DNA of 64,000 nucleotides from an uncultured Nitrospiraceae bacterium. GTDB lineage: Bacteria > Nitrospirota > Thermodesulfovibrionia > Thermodesulfovibrionales > SM23-35. The stretch lies in NCBI GenBank assembly GCA_963727775.1, contig CAVSHB010000004.1:128001-192000 (forward strand), written 5' to 3'. The position numbers and the translations under genes are program-made. Under the pieces are notes generated by a model. The model was given only the letters and a program-made list of their open reading frames with translations, did no database searches and was not told the origin of the DNA. Below are positions 19,705 to 30,170 of this stretch, in pieces (position 1 is the stretch's first letter; each line of letters begins with the position of its first letter).

Positions 19705-20024
19705 GTGGACTCCTCAGACAGGGAATGCTGGAGATAGCTGCACTTTCTGACTATTTTGTGGCTTCTGAAGAATTTGTCTGTGATCTCAAATGGAGACTGA
19801 CTGCTGTATCACTGGAAAAAAGGAGGGAAGAACTGGGATGTAGAGTTCTGACGGTGACGCTCGGCGAACGGGGAAGTATCAGCGTTTCCGATAAAGGGAC
19901 TCTGCGCGTTCCGGCATTCACGGTTGAAACTATAGATACTACCGGCGCGGGCGACGTGTTTCACGGCGGATTCATATACGGTCTCCTGCAAAAATGGGAA
20001 CTTAAAGACATTATAGTATTCGCT
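19705..20024 (+). pseudogene. PfkB-family carbohydrate kinase fragment
   Basis: VTLGERGS and DTTGAGDVFHGGF (PfkB signature 2); no N-terminal half; runs into the 3' end of the nitroreductase. Confidence 0.8.
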
Positions 20025-20963
20025 TCACCCCTCGAAATATCTTGGCGTTACTTTCTTACGGCCTGTTATTCTCTGATAGACTTCGTCAGTGTATCCAAGA
20101 GAGATAACCGCGTAAACCTCCTCTTCCGCCGGAATTCCGATAGCCCGCCGGATCGAAGGATCTCTCTTCATTGCTTGAACAGCAAATCCGATGAGACAAG
20201 AGCCGAGCCCCATACTGTGGGCGGCGAGTAGGATATTTTGTGTCGCGAGTAAGGCATCCTCGGCAGGGCAGCTCGCTCCCGGCCTGGATCCAACAAGGAT
20301 AGCAGCCGTACCACCATGAAAAAGACGGTCTTTACCCGATGCACGCCATTCTTTAAGCCCATCCTTCACCCTCCGGTAATAACCGCGATAATAGGCATCG
20401 ACTTCTCCCTTACCGATCAGCTTGAGAAAAGAACGGAGCAGGGTCTTTTCTGCAGTAGCGTTCAGTCTTTCAAAAAAGGAGGCAACATGTCCGGCCAAAG
20501 ATACGACCGCCTTCCTCGTCGGCAGAATGGTAAAGGTCCAGGATTGACAGTTAGTTCCTGACGGTGCGGTAACACCGATCTTCATGAGGTCTTCGAGCAC
20601 GTCCCTTTCCAGTGGCCTATCGGAAAAGTGCCGGCAGGAGCGGCGCGAGGCCATCAGCTGCACTAATAGATATGTATTAAACTTTCCGGGAGGAAGCCAC
20701 TGTTTCTCTGCCGTGAAAGTCTTAAATTCCGACATTCCTTCGTCAAGCGTGGTGACACGTATCGCCTTTTGCGGACAGACTGCTTCACAATGTCCGCAGG
20801 AGATTGAATCCTCTCCCGAGGCTATGGCCTTCCCTTCCACAATTGAGAGGGTTTCCGTCGGGCAAACAGTAACGCATAAACCGCAACCGATGCAAAGATC
20901 TCTATCAATCTCTATTTTGTTTTCTTCCATTGAAGTCTCCTCGAAAAATTTCTTACATTCCAT
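20025..20963 (-). CDS. Nitroreductase with N-terminal 2x[4Fe-4S] domain (start may be 20930)
   Basis: CIGCGLCVTVCP, CGHCEAVCP, RRSCRHF, APSGTN, AHSMGLGSCLIG. Confidence 0.9.
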   Translation of the reverse strand: MECKKFFEETSMEENKIEIDRDLCIGCGLCVTVCPTETLSIVEGKAIASGEDSISCGHCEAVCPQKAIRVTTLDEGMSEFKTFTAEKQWLPPGKFNTYLLVQLMASRRSCRHFSDRPLERDVLEDLMKIGVTAPSGTNCQSWTFTILPTRKAVVSLAGHVASFFERLNATAEKTLLRSFLKLIGKGEVDAYYRGYYRRVKDGLKEWRASGKDRLFHGGTAAILVGSRPGASCPAEDALLATQNILLAAHSMGLGSCLIGFAVQAMKRDPSIRRAIGIPAEEEVYAVISLGYTDEVYQRITGRKKVTPRYFEG

Positions 20964-21145
20964 AATTATGATAACACGACATTAAATCCTTTCTAATCTT
21001 CGCTTAAGCAAATCCTAACCGGTGGTGCTCAATTATTTCTCCTTGCAATCGTGAAGAGCCCGCATAAAAAGTGATAATTTTTGTATAATAAAACTTATTT
21101 TGAAAATGCTTTTTCCCTAAGTAAATCTATCGGAGGTAAAATTAT

Positions 21146-22096
21146 ATGTTTCGTCCACAGATCAAAGTTCTCGATTGCACTATCCGCGACGGCGGGCTGA
21201 TCAACAAATGGCAGTTCAGCGATGAAATTGTACGCAAGGTTTTCCATGCATTGTCGGCTTCCGGCGTCGACTATATGGAAATAGGATATAAATCCTCCGA
21301 GAAATATTTTTCCAGGGCAGAGCACGGCGCCTGGAAATTCTGCACCGAGGAGGACATAAAACGAATCGTCGGTGATACCGATACGAACATGAAATTATCG
21401 GCCATGGCCGACATCGGCAGGATAGATTATGAAGATATTCCTCCAAAAAAGGACAGCATTCTCGATATGATCAGGGTAGCCTGTTATGCTAAAGAAACTG
21501 ATAAGGCAATAGCCCTGGCGCATGAGTGTCTGGACAAGGGCTACGAAGCGACCATCAACCTTATGGCTGTATCGAAGGTCCTAGAAAAAGATCTTGACGA
21601 AGCCCTCGATGATCTTTCGAAAAGCAGAGTTCCCGTGATATATCTTGTGGACAGTTTCGGATCATTATACTCCGAACAGATCCATTTCCTGGCAAAGAAG
21701 TATTTTGAAGCATTGCCGGGCAAAGAACTCGGCATTCACACCCACAATAACCAGCAGCTGGCTTTCGCAAACACGATAGAGGCTATTATCGCGGGAGTAA
21801 ACCGTCTGGACGCCACTCTTTACGGCATGGGGAGAGGAGCCGGCAACTGTCCGCTGGAACTCCTTCTGTCTTTCCTGAAGAATCCGAAATTCGATATCAG
21901 ACCCTTAATAGAGGTAATCCAGGAGATATTTGTTCCGATGAAAGCGGATATAGAATGGGGATACCACATCCCATATTTAATAACGGGCGTATTGAATGAG
22001 CACCCGAGAAGCGCAATGAAGATAATGGCGCAAAAGACTTTGCCTAACCTCAGACAATTTTATGATGAACTCAAGGACGGTACGGAACTGGATTAA
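21146..22096 (+). CDS. HMGL-like/DRE-TIM aldolase (4-hydroxy-2-oxovalerate aldolase-like)
   Basis: DCTIRDGG, DSFGS, GIHTHNNQQLAFAN, GMGRGAGN. Confidence 0.85.
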   Translation: MFRPQIKVLDCTIRDGGLINKWQFSDEIVRKVFHALSASGVDYMEIGYKSSEKYFSRAEHGAWKFCTEEDIKRIVGDTDTNMKLSAMADIGRIDYEDIPPKKDSILDMIRVACYAKETDKAIALAHECLDKGYEATINLMAVSKVLEKDLDEALDDLSKSRVPVIYLVDSFGSLYSEQIHFLAKKYFEALPGKELGIHTHNNQQLAFANTIEAIIAGVNRLDATLYGMGRGAGNCPLELLLSFLKNPKFDIRPLIEVIQEIFVPMKADIEWGYHIPYLITGVLNEHPRSAMKIMAQKTLPNLRQFYDELKDGTELD

Positions 22097-23370
22097 AAAA
22101 GCATTGTCTGTCCCTTAATCTCTGTTTTTTCCATTTTCTCAAAAATGCGCACCTTTCCGTATTCGCCGTCATATCCGGGCACAATGCCGACATCTCCTGA
22201 TCGCATCCTCTGTATGGCTTCCGCCGGCAATGGGAAGCCGGTCTTTTCTATCTCACTCAATGGGGCGTCAAGAAGAATTCTGAACTCTGGACCGAGTTTT
22301 TCAAGAAGATTCATATAGGCACCTGAGACCGCTTTACTGTTAACGCCGATTTTCATGGTATCAGCAAGAATCTCCGGGAGAGGAATCATGGAATAAAAAG
22401 GCAGCGCATCTTTCGGCCTGAACCCATTTTCACGGTCGGCGAGTTTTTCAACCCTGTGCATTACGCCGACTGTGACTCTTTGTCCGCAGACCGGGCAGAG
22501 ATAATTATGCTTTATCGTTTCCTGTGGAGAAAGGTTTACGCCGCATGTTCTGTGTCCGTCATAATAATATTTCCCTTCCTGAGGGAAAAATTCGATTGTC
22601 CCGAGAAAGCCTTTCTTTGTTTTGATCGATTCCATAATATTTTCATAAGAGGGCCTTTTATCAAAATCAAAAATATTTGCTTCACGTCCGAGTTTTAAGG
22701 GGGAGTGGGCATCTGAGTTTGAAATAAGAGTTATTTTGTCGAGAGCCGAAAGCCTCCAGTTCATGGCTGGATCAGATGATAGTCCTGTTTCAATTGCATG
22801 GATATAAGGCGTTAACTCTTCAAAACATTCTTCGATTGAATCAAATCCGGAGTTTGCGCCAAGGACGGAGAAGTGTGGCGTCCATACATGAGCGGGCACG
22901 AACATGGCCTCCTCTGTAACATCGAGAACAATTTTCAATAATGTCTTTGCATCAAGTCCGAGTATCGGCCTTCCATCAGATGAAAGGTTCCCTATTTTTG
23001 ATAAGGCATTGATAATTTTTAAAGCAGCCTGAAAATCAGGTACAAAAACGAGACTGTGTACCTTCCTCGTTTTTCCATTCTTTGAATAGATGCAGCTTAT
23101 TTCGGAAGTGAGTATGAAACGGACTTCCGACCTGCATGATAAAGGCACATTATTATCTTGGTATTTATATTTTAAACTTAATGTGTTACCATTATCAACA
23201 TGAAGTTTTTCTTTCAGTTCATGAAACCATTTTGGATGGGTAAAATCTCCTGTGCCGATGACACTGATTCCCTTTAATTGAGCCCATCTCCAAAGGCTTT
23301 CCAGGGACATGTCTCTGCTCGTCGCCCTGGAATATTTTGAATGGATATGCAGGTCTGCGATAAAGCGCAT
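22093..23370 (-). CDS. PHP-domain protein, endonuclease Q-like
   Basis: DLHIHSKYS, GTGDFTHP, PAHVWTP, ETGLSSD, SNSDAHS, GKYY, CPVCG, PGYDGEYG. Confidence 0.88.
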   Translation of the reverse strand: MRFIADLHIHSKYSRATSRDMSLESLWRWAQLKGISVIGTGDFTHPKWFHELKEKLHVDNGNTLSLKYKYQDNNVPLSCRSEVRFILTSEISCIYSKNGKTRKVHSLVFVPDFQAALKIINALSKIGNLSSDGRPILGLDAKTLLKIVLDVTEEAMFVPAHVWTPHFSVLGANSGFDSIEECFEELTPYIHAIETGLSSDPAMNWRLSALDKITLISNSDAHSPLKLGREANIFDFDKRPSYENIMESIKTKKGFLGTIEFFPQEGKYYYDGHRTCGVNLSPQETIKHNYLCPVCGQRVTVGVMHRVEKLADRENGFRPKDALPFYSMIPLPEILADTMKIGVNSKAVSGAYMNLLEKLGPEFRILLDAPLSEIEKTGFPLPAEAIQRMRSGDVGIVPGYDGEYGKVRIFEKMEKTEIKGQTMLF

Positions 23371-23437
23371 AAGCTTTATGGACTCTTATGAACCTTTTGG
23401 ATACGCAATCAAGACTGGACGATCTTTGACCAAAGAC

Positions 23438-24049
23438 CTATCGTAACGAAGCATTCTGTTTTCTCTTGTGCAAAATTATGTATACGGTGACCAATAATGC
23501 ACAACCGACAATAACGTATATACTCCACTGTCTGCTTACCGCCATAATTTTTTCTTTGTTGTGACCCACAAAATAACCGATAAAAGCAAGGACTACAACC
23601 CATATACCGGCGCCGAACGCGGTATAGAAGCAGAATTTCCCGAGGTTCATTCTGCAGAGGCCTGCAGGAAAAGATATATAATGTCTTACTCCCAATATAA
23701 GCCTTCCGATGAAGGTGCTGATATTCCCATGTATACGGAAAAATTCCTCTCCTTTTATGAAATGGTTATGTGAAACGCCAAAATATTTTCCGTATCTGAG
23801 GATAAACGGTCTCCCTAAAAATACTGCAATAGCGTAATTAAATAACGCGCCGAGAACGCTGCCGGCTGTGCCGGATATTAAAACGCCTGCCCAGTTCATC
23901 TGGTTCTGTGCGATGAGATATCCTGCCGGCGGTATTACAAGTTCAGAAGGCAAAGGGATGAACGTGCTTTCGATAAACATCAGGACCAAAATACCTGGAT
24001 AACCCATAGTGCCGACTGCCTCAACAAGCCAGTTCAAAAAAGCATGCAT
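23438..24049 (-). CDS. DedA family membrane protein
   Basis: ESTFIPLPSE, GRLILGVRHYISFPAG. Confidence 0.92.
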   Translation of the reverse strand: MHAFLNWLVEAVGTMGYPGILVLMFIESTFIPLPSELVIPPAGYLIAQNQMNWAGVLISGTAGSVLGALFNYAIAVFLGRPFILRYGKYFGVSHNHFIKGEEFFRIHGNISTFIGRLILGVRHYISFPAGLCRMNLGKFCFYTAFGAGIWVVVLAFIGYFVGHNKEKIMAVSRQWSIYVIVGCALLVTVYIILHKRKQNASLR

Positions 24050-24355
24050 TTCTTTAAATAATACCGTACTCAGTTGTTGTAATAAATTTATTCATGCTTG
24101 CCTATTGTACCTTATAATTGGTGATCTTTGAAAACTATTCATGTTTTTATATCGTTTCACATTTGATGCAGGCTGTTTAATTCCTTTTAAAAAACGCAAT
24201 GACTGCATCCTGAAAAATGCGGCTTCCATTCACTAACTTTTCAGACGTAGACCGGTTGAATTTTCTTCGGGCAAAATGTCCGCTCAAAAAGGTATTTTGC
24301 CGATGATTCCGTATATTTTATTTTAATATATAATATAAAATTAATAACTTATCTC

Positions 24356-24371
24356 TGGCATTGATTGTGCT
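24356..24371 (+). promoter_or_regulatory. Sigma54 (-24/-12) promoter candidate
   Basis: TGGCATTGATTGTGCT, GG-N10-GC, about 90 bp upstream of ATG 24460. Confidence 0.5.
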
Positions 24372-24459
24372 TGATATAAATAGAATATAAAAGTTGCAAG
24401 GGATTTAGTTAGATAAATATGATAATTTTGAAAGGGATGAAGAAAGGAGAAAGTAAGCT

Positions 24460-25491
24460 ATGAAACGGTCACTTTATTCAATAATCATGACATTCGTTAT
24501 CGGTCTGGTTTTAATGCCTGAAATGATTTATGCCCAGTCTCAGCAGACGACAACAAAAGCCCCTCCGATAGAGCAACCACTTGTCCGTGAAGGCAGCTTT
24601 GCGGTCAAACTTGTCTCCTCATTGTCTTTGGTAACGACTGAAGACGAAGTTGAGGCGGAAAATCTGTTAAGCGATGCCGGCATCACGCCACGAAATGGAT
24701 GGATTGCCGATTACCCTGTTACTCCGGATATAATGGGTGAGATACGGCAATCAGTAATTGATGCGGTGAATTCTAAAAAGTTATCAATGAATGAAGATGA
24801 GGCTTTGCAGAGGTTCCAGGAAGCTAAGGCTGATGTCGGGTTACAAATTAAGCCTTATGCATCCGGTGAACCCCATGAAGTTAATCCGGATTCAACCTAT
24901 CCCGAAACTTCCGTTATAAATAATTATTATTATAATCAGGGACCGCCGATAGTTACTTACTACGCTCCTCCTCCGGACTATTATTATCTTTATTCATGGG
25001 TCCCGTCTCCGTTCTGGTGGTATGATTTTTGGTTCCCCGGATTTTTTATCCTGAATGACTTCCACAGACCTTTTCACTTTCACAACAGGAATTTCTTCAT
25101 CTCGAATCATTTCAACGATTTCAGACATCACAGGGTTTTCAGAATCGACCCTGTAGATCGGTTCCATGGAAAAACATTTGCAGGTATAGGCGCGCCGAGA
25201 ACAGGACGTTTTATTTCCCATGGAATCAGAAACGGAGCTACATCTATTTTTAATCGTAACAGGATCAGTCCGCCTTCGGGTGGTAAAACTTTCAGATCCC
25301 CTTCAGGCAGCAGGTCGATCAGTCCGCCGCATTCAGGCGGTAGGTCATTCAAAACGCCTTCAGGTGGCAAGTCGTTCAGTCAACCTTCAGGCGGTAGATC
25401 ATTCAGAGCGCCTTCGGGTGGCAAGTCGTTTAGTCAGCCTTCAGGTGGTAGATCATCGGGTTCTTCCGGCGGCGGACACCAGAGAAGATAA
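24460..25491 (+). CDS. Secreted hypothetical protein with aromatic-rich middle and low-complexity PSGG(K/R)SF repeat tail
   Basis: AAGGAG RBS, signal peptide (IYA|Q), about 7 degenerate 27-bp repeats at 25273-25456. Confidence 0.75.
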   Translation: MKRSLYSIIMTFVIGLVLMPEMIYAQSQQTTTKAPPIEQPLVREGSFAVKLVSSLSLVTTEDEVEAENLLSDAGITPRNGWIADYPVTPDIMGEIRQSVIDAVNSKKLSMNEDEALQRFQEAKADVGLQIKPYASGEPHEVNPDSTYPETSVINNYYYNQGPPIVTYYAPPPDYYYLYSWVPSPFWWYDFWFPGFFILNDFHRPFHFHNRNFFISNHFNDFRHHRVFRIDPVDRFHGKTFAGIGAPRTGRFISHGIRNGATSIFNRNRISPPSGGKTFRSPSGSRSISPPHSGGRSFKTPSGGKSFSQPSGGRSFRAPSGGKSFSQPSGGRSSGSSGGGHQRR

Positions 25492-25524
25492 ATCCCTGCA
25501 GCAAGTCTGCAAATCCAAAATAAA

Positions 25525-25555
25525 AAAGGACTTACAGGATTCCTGTAAGTCCTTT
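25525..25555. terminator. Perfect hairpin, probably a bidirectional terminator
   Basis: AAAGGACTTACAGGA-T-TCCTGTAAGTCCTTT. Confidence 0.75.
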
Positions 25556-25559
25556 CCCG

Positions 25560-25710
25560 GCACTGAAAAATATATCTGTCCCTTTGTCCATATATAGATA
25601 GGATATATTTTATAGTTTTTTATCCACGGTTGTCTTATAGTAAAATCCGTTCTGTGCCATAAAAAAACCCATGGGGCATCGGCAACTATAATTTCCTCGG
25701 CCTTTTTGAG
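25560..25710 (-). pseudogene. C-terminal remnant of an ABC peptide/nickel (family 5) substrate-binding protein
   Basis: Minus strand reads LKKAEEIIVADAPWVFLWHRTDFTIRQPWIKNYKIYPIY, typical of an SBP5 C-terminus; no start or N-terminal part. Confidence 0.6.
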
Positions 25711-25853
25711 CAGAGGAGTTTCATCTTATCATCCAACGCGCTTTGGCCCTTTTCTATAGTTTGTCTCATAAACTCGAAGAACATTTCGCTACATTTTCGC
25801 CACATAAACAAAAAAGGACCTAAAGCTAAAAAGCACTAAGTCCGTGATTTTAT

Positions 25854-25933
<80 letters not shown>

Positions 25934-25942
25934 TTTAGTTTT

Positions 25943-26335
25943 TTAATGAAGTTGACTCAGTATTTCCCTGAGCCTTTTCTTGATATGCTCAATGGCCCGG
26001 GCAGATTGACGGATTTCTTTTTTCTGTAAATCCTGCTCAGTTCTCGGTTCAGCATTGGCTATACCGACTCCGAGTTTTTTTCTGACACCTTCTATGGTAA
26101 ATCTCTCCTGATATAAAAGCTTCTTGATATTAAGGAGAAGCTCCACATCCTTCTTTATATAAACGCGCTGTCCGGATTTATTTTTCCTCGGCTTCAGAAA
26201 AGAAAATTCCGTCTCCCAATACCTGAGGACATAAGGTTCAACCCCCACAATCCTGCTCACTTCTCCTATTTTGTAAAAAAGTTTATCAGGGAAAGACGCA
26301 TATGGCACAAGTCTTTCAGGCGCGGATTTATACAT
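25943..26335 (-). CDS. MerR-family HTH regulator (ihfA-linked)
   Basis: YKIGEVS...[11 protein letters not shown]...GQRVY; conserved ihfA-merR-tRNAPro synteny. Confidence 0.9.
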   Translation of the reverse strand: MYKSAPERLVPYASFPDKLFYKIGEVSRIVGVEPYVLRYWETEFSFLKPRKNKSGQRVYIKKDVELLLNIKKLLYQERFTIEGVRKKLGVGIANAEPRTEQDLQKKEIRQSARAIEHIKKRLREILSQLH

Positions 26336-26612
26336 CCTGTTTCTCCAGTACTCCCTTCAATTGATTGCTGGCCCTGAATGTGATTACCTTTCTCGGCGTT
26401 ATCTCAAGATCATCTCCTGTCTTGGGATTGCGGCCTCTCCTCGCTGTTTTTTGTCTGACATTAAAAGTCCCGAACCCCGATATCTTCACTGATTCGCCTT
26501 CGACAAACGTCTGTTTCATAGTATCAAATAATATCTCGATAATTTCCTGTGCCTCTTTTTTTGAAAGTCCTATCTTCTCAAATATTCTTTCTACTAAGTC
26601 TGCCTTTGTCAT
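26328..26612 (-). CDS. ihfA: Integration host factor alpha
   Basis: [37 protein letters not shown]. Confidence 0.9.
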   Translation of the reverse strand: MTKADLVERIFEKIGLSKKEAQEIIEILFDTMKQTFVEGESVKISGFGTFNVRQKTARRGRNPKTGDDLEITPRKVITFRASNQLKGVLEKQDV

Positions 26613-26773
26613 AATACCCCTATCTCAATTTTTTTAAATTATATTAAGGACATAGATAGTTGTCAAGAAGATTTTAGTTTAATATATTATCTGACTTTGT
26701 ATTTTTTGTCAAAAGATATTGTAATAACTGAAATTTCTTGGGCCGCTTCATGATATAATTTGTTTCTAATTAT

Positions 26774-27145
26774 ATGATTTATGGAGTCGGGATAGACATC
26801 GTCAGGATAGATCGGATTCAAACGGTTGTAGAGAAATGGGGGCAGAGGTTTCTCAAGAAAATATTTACCGATAATGAGATTTCCTACTGTTATACGAAAA
26901 AAATGCCGCATCTGTCACTGGCAGTCCGTTTCGCGGCAAAGGAGGCATTGATAAAAGCGATAGCCTCTGAAATCCCTGTGGCTTTCACTGACATTGAAAT
27001 AATAAGCAGACATAACGGGAAACCTTTTCTTAATGTTAAAGGAAAACTTGAGGATTTTTTTCAAGAGAAACTCATAAGAAAAGCTCATGTGAGTCTTAGC
27101 CATGAACGTGATTATGGAGTTGCATGTGTTGTCCTTGAGCAATAG
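26774..27145 (+). CDS. acpS: Holo-ACP synthase
   Basis: GVGIDIV, RFAAKEALIKA, VSLSHE. Confidence 0.95.
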   Translation: MIYGVGIDIVRIDRIQTVVEKWGQRFLKKIFTDNEISYCYTKKMPHLSLAVRFAAKEALIKAIASEIPVAFTDIEIISRHNGKPFLNVKGKLEDFFQEKLIRKAHVSLSHERDYGVACVVLEQ

Positions 27146-27151
27146 TATCGT

Positions 27152-27970
27152 TTACTGATTTTGAGGCGCCTGCGTTTGAGGGGAAACAATAGGTAGTCCC
27201 TCAGACGGTCTCTGTATCGATTTATCCTCTTTATTGCCTTCTTCTATCACCTCTTCATACTCAGGCACAACAATACCTCTCCTGACCATGATGCTATAGA
27301 TAAGATTAGACCTGTGCGTTACGTATCTGCTGTTCCCAAGCGGGTTGAATTTTCTCGGATTCGGCAGAACGGAGGCGAGCCTTGCAGCTTCTTCAGGGCT
27401 GATTTCAGCGGCTGATTTCCCATAATACCGCCTTGCAGCCGTCTCGATACCGAATATGCCGCCCTCACCCCACTCAGCGATATTTAGGTAGAGTTCAAGA
27501 ATCCGTTTTTTTGTCAAAACCCTCTCCATCCTCCATGTTATTATCGCCTCCCTGATTTTTCTCAGAGGATTTTTGGAAGGTGAAAGGTAGAGGTTTTTTG
27601 CAACCTGCTGGCTTATTGTACTTCCACCCAATTTAAACTGTTTCGCCTTAATGTCCTTTTCAATGGCCTTCTGCATTGCTTCGTAATCAAAACCTTCATG
27701 TTTCCAGAACTTATCGTCTTCAGCAATAAGCACAGCTTTAATGAGATAAGGAGACACCCTGGACAACGGCACCCATTTCTGCCGGATCCTGTATTTCTTG
27801 CCCTCCCGTTGCCACTCTCTTTCGCGGTACTCCATAAAAGAGGTTTTCTTCGGGTTTTCTTTTTTTAGTTTTGAAACATCAGGGAATAAAAACAGATAGA
27901 GCACCAGCATGCCCGACAGAATTAGGAACGCAGAGATCCAAAGGGACCTATGCCTGGATCTCCGTGCCAA
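27152..27970 (-). CDS. mtgA: Monofunctional peptidoglycan transglycosylase
   Basis: AEDDKFWKHEGFD, GGSTISQQVAKNL, RKIREA, YLNIAEWG. Confidence 0.92.
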   Translation of the reverse strand: MARRSRHRSLWISAFLILSGMLVLYLFLFPDVSKLKKENPKKTSFMEYREREWQREGKKYRIRQKWVPLSRVSPYLIKAVLIAEDDKFWKHEGFDYEAMQKAIEKDIKAKQFKLGGSTISQQVAKNLYLSPSKNPLRKIREAIITWRMERVLTKKRILELYLNIAEWGEGGIFGIETAARRYYGKSAAEISPEEAARLASVLPNPRKFNPLGNSRYVTHRSNLIYSIMVRRGIVVPEYEEVIEEGNKEDKSIQRPSEGLPIVSPQTQAPQNQ

Positions 27971-28838
27971 TTCCCTCTTTTGTGAATATCTCGAGAAGCA
28001 GGCAGTGAGGCACCCTGCCGTCTATGATATGAGTCTTGGAAACGCCGCCCTCAATCGCCTTAAGACATGCCTGGACCTTCGGCAACATCCCGCCCGTGAT
28101 TGTCCCGTCCTTAGTCAGTTTTTTTATCTGCTCTTTCTTGAGCGCTGAGATTATTTTATTATTCTTATGCATAATTCCCAGCACATCGGTAAGGAGTATA
28201 AGCTTTTCAGCCTTCAGAGCTGACGCGACGGACGCAGCTACATAATCGGCATTAATATTCAATGTCTCGCCGTTGGGACCGACGCCGATGGGTGATATAA
28301 CGGGGATAAACCCTTCTTTTTCGAGACTGATTATTATGTGCGGATCGATGGATGTAACTTCACCGACAAGACCGATATCTATTATCTCGTCGACACCTGT
28401 TTCAGCGTGTTTATTTAACATTTTCTTCTTTGCCTTTATTAGTCCGCCGTCTTTACCGCTCAACCCAACTGCCTTTCCGCCGTGGTTATTGATCAGAGAT
28501 ACAATCTCTTTATTTACAAGCCCGCCAAGGACCATCTCAACAATATCCATTGTCTCCTTATCGGTAACACGCTGACCCTGAACAAATTGAGGTTTCTTAC
28601 CCATCTTCTCCATAGTAGCAGATATCTTAGGACCCCCGCCGTGAACGATTGCGGTCCTTATACCGATGAAGTTAAGCATAATTATGTCTTTCGCAAACGA
28701 GCCTTTAAGCTCCTCCTTCACCTGCGCAGCGCCGCCATATTTTATAACAAACGTCTTCCCGTAAAAATTCCTGATATAAGGGAGAGCCTCGATCAGTATC
28801 TCGGCTTTTGTAATTATGTCTTTCATATTCGTCCCCAT
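27948..28838 (-). CDS. argB: Acetylglutamate kinase
   Basis: VIKYGG, VHGGG, NINAD, LLTDV, GGMLPKV, GIGT. Confidence 0.96.
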   Translation of the reverse strand: MGTNMKDIITKAEILIEALPYIRNFYGKTFVIKYGGAAQVKEELKGSFAKDIIMLNFIGIRTAIVHGGGPKISATMEKMGKKPQFVQGQRVTDKETMDIVEMVLGGLVNKEIVSLINNHGGKAVGLSGKDGGLIKAKKKMLNKHAETGVDEIIDIGLVGEVTSIDPHIIISLEKEGFIPVISPIGVGPNGETLNINADYVAASVASALKAEKLILLTDVLGIMHKNNKIISALKKEQIKKLTKDGTITGGMLPKVQACLKAIEGGVSKTHIIDGRVPHCLLLEIFTKEGIGTEIQA

Positions 28839-28910
28839 TTGACTATTTTATATTAATCCAAGAACTGCAATTAGAAAAATGTCCCGATGAATACCGGGAT
28901 TGTGAAAAAA

Positions 28911-29522
28911 TTATTTTTCGATACCGCTCTCGAAACACGGAATACACACAATCTCTCCATCTTTGACCCTTGCTCTCGGCTCCATCATCTTTTCTGAGCA
29001 AAACGTACAGCTCAGACTCGGATAAATCTTCGCCACTGCCGGCAGATCCATTTTTACTTTCTTAACCTTTAAAAGTTCTGCATCTCCGGCGTTCATTATC
29101 GTATCAAGCTTCTTTGCTTTTCTGTCATGGACAGTTTTTAAGACTTCTTCGGAATGGTCTCCTTTTATATACCGGTCCCAGGCATTTTTTTCTTCCTGAG
29201 TCTCTACCGGAGAGTTCCAGTCAACTGAAATCCTTATACCAGTGCCGGTTGTCGCAGCCCGGCCCTCAGAATTTCTCTTTATAAACGTATAGACCTGCTT
29301 GCCGTAATCCTTAAAAATCAGATTGCCCTTCCCGAACGTACACCCGGTAATTACCTGAACCGCATCAACAGCGCAGGAGTTATTCTCAACAATTGCAATA
29401 AGCTCCTCATCAGCTGCCCTTTCTCCAAGTACTTTCATAACATAAACGGCAACCCTGTATCCCAGGGCAAGCCCCGGGCATATATGGCCGTGGAAATCTA
29501 CAACATCTTCAAATGATTTCAT
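28911..29522 (-). CDS. FmdE family protein with C-terminal Zn finger
   Basis: FHGHICPGLALG, CAVDAVQ...GCTFGKGN, CTFC...CIPC. Confidence 0.9.
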   Translation of the reverse strand: MKSFEDVVDFHGHICPGLALGYRVAVYVMKVLGERAADEELIAIVENNSCAVDAVQVITGCTFGKGNLIFKDYGKQVYTFIKRNSEGRAATTGTGIRISVDWNSPVETQEEKNAWDRYIKGDHSEEVLKTVHDRKAKKLDTIMNAGDAELLKVKKVKMDLPAVAKIYPSLSCTFCSEKMMEPRARVKDGEIVCIPCFESGIEK

Positions 29523-29673
29523 CTGAAAATGATTTTACATCAAAACAAGTAATTTTTGTAATGGTTCAAGTGGGAAATGTATGGGCAGATGACGATTATA
29601 GATTGTAAATAGTCTTGACAGATAACACGGGAAAAGTATATTTTTATAAAAATTACTTTAGGAGGGGTCCAAT

Positions 29674-30114
29674 ATGAAAAGCTTCATTGTATCGGTATTT
29701 ATTCTCACAATCTGTACATTTCTCGGAGGTTGCACTTGTGTGCAGAGCATCAAAGTAACTCCAGAAGCTACTGGAGGAAATATTAAAAAGATGACTGCTG
29801 CTTCGATTAAAGCACCGGTTGAAATTGAACTGAAAGATTGTTGTCCCGGTAAAGAAGAAAGAAAAATTGCTTGCCGATATAATAAGGACATTTATGATCT
29901 GTGGACAAAGGCAAGAGATAAAAAAATATCAATAAAAAGATACTATAAGCTCGTCAAGGCCGCTGAGACTGCACTTCAGAAAATTAATTACTACTGTCCC
30001 ATTTCCAACATGCCTAAACCTGCTGTCAAAATAAAGACTAAAACTACCCAAGAAGGAGCATGGAAATCACTAAAGAAGGTTAATGAAGAAATCGAAAAGG
30101 AACTAAAAAAATAA
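29674..30114 (+). CDS. Hypothetical lipoprotein
   Basis: AGGAGG RBS; lipobox-like LGG|C; lysine-rich. Confidence 0.6.
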   Translation: MKSFIVSVFILTICTFLGGCTCVQSIKVTPEATGGNIKKMTAASIKAPVEIELKDCCPGKEERKIACRYNKDIYDLWTKARDKKISIKRYYKLVKAAETALQKINYYCPISNMPKPAVKIKTKTTQEGAWKSLKKVNEEIEKELKK

Positions 30115-30133
30115 ATTTCCATCCTAACGCTTA

Positions 30134-30170
30134 AAAAGCGGACAACTGGCTATTTTGGTTGTCCGCTTTT
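30134..30170. terminator. Bidirectional terminator between convergent genes
   Basis: AAAAGCGGACAAC...GTTGTCCGCTTTT 13-bp inverted repeat. Confidence 0.75.

Noticed and set aside
19638..20231. 197-aa ORF as an intact kinase
   Set aside because: Chimeric frame: antisense IS110, then a PfkB fragment, then antisense nitroreductase
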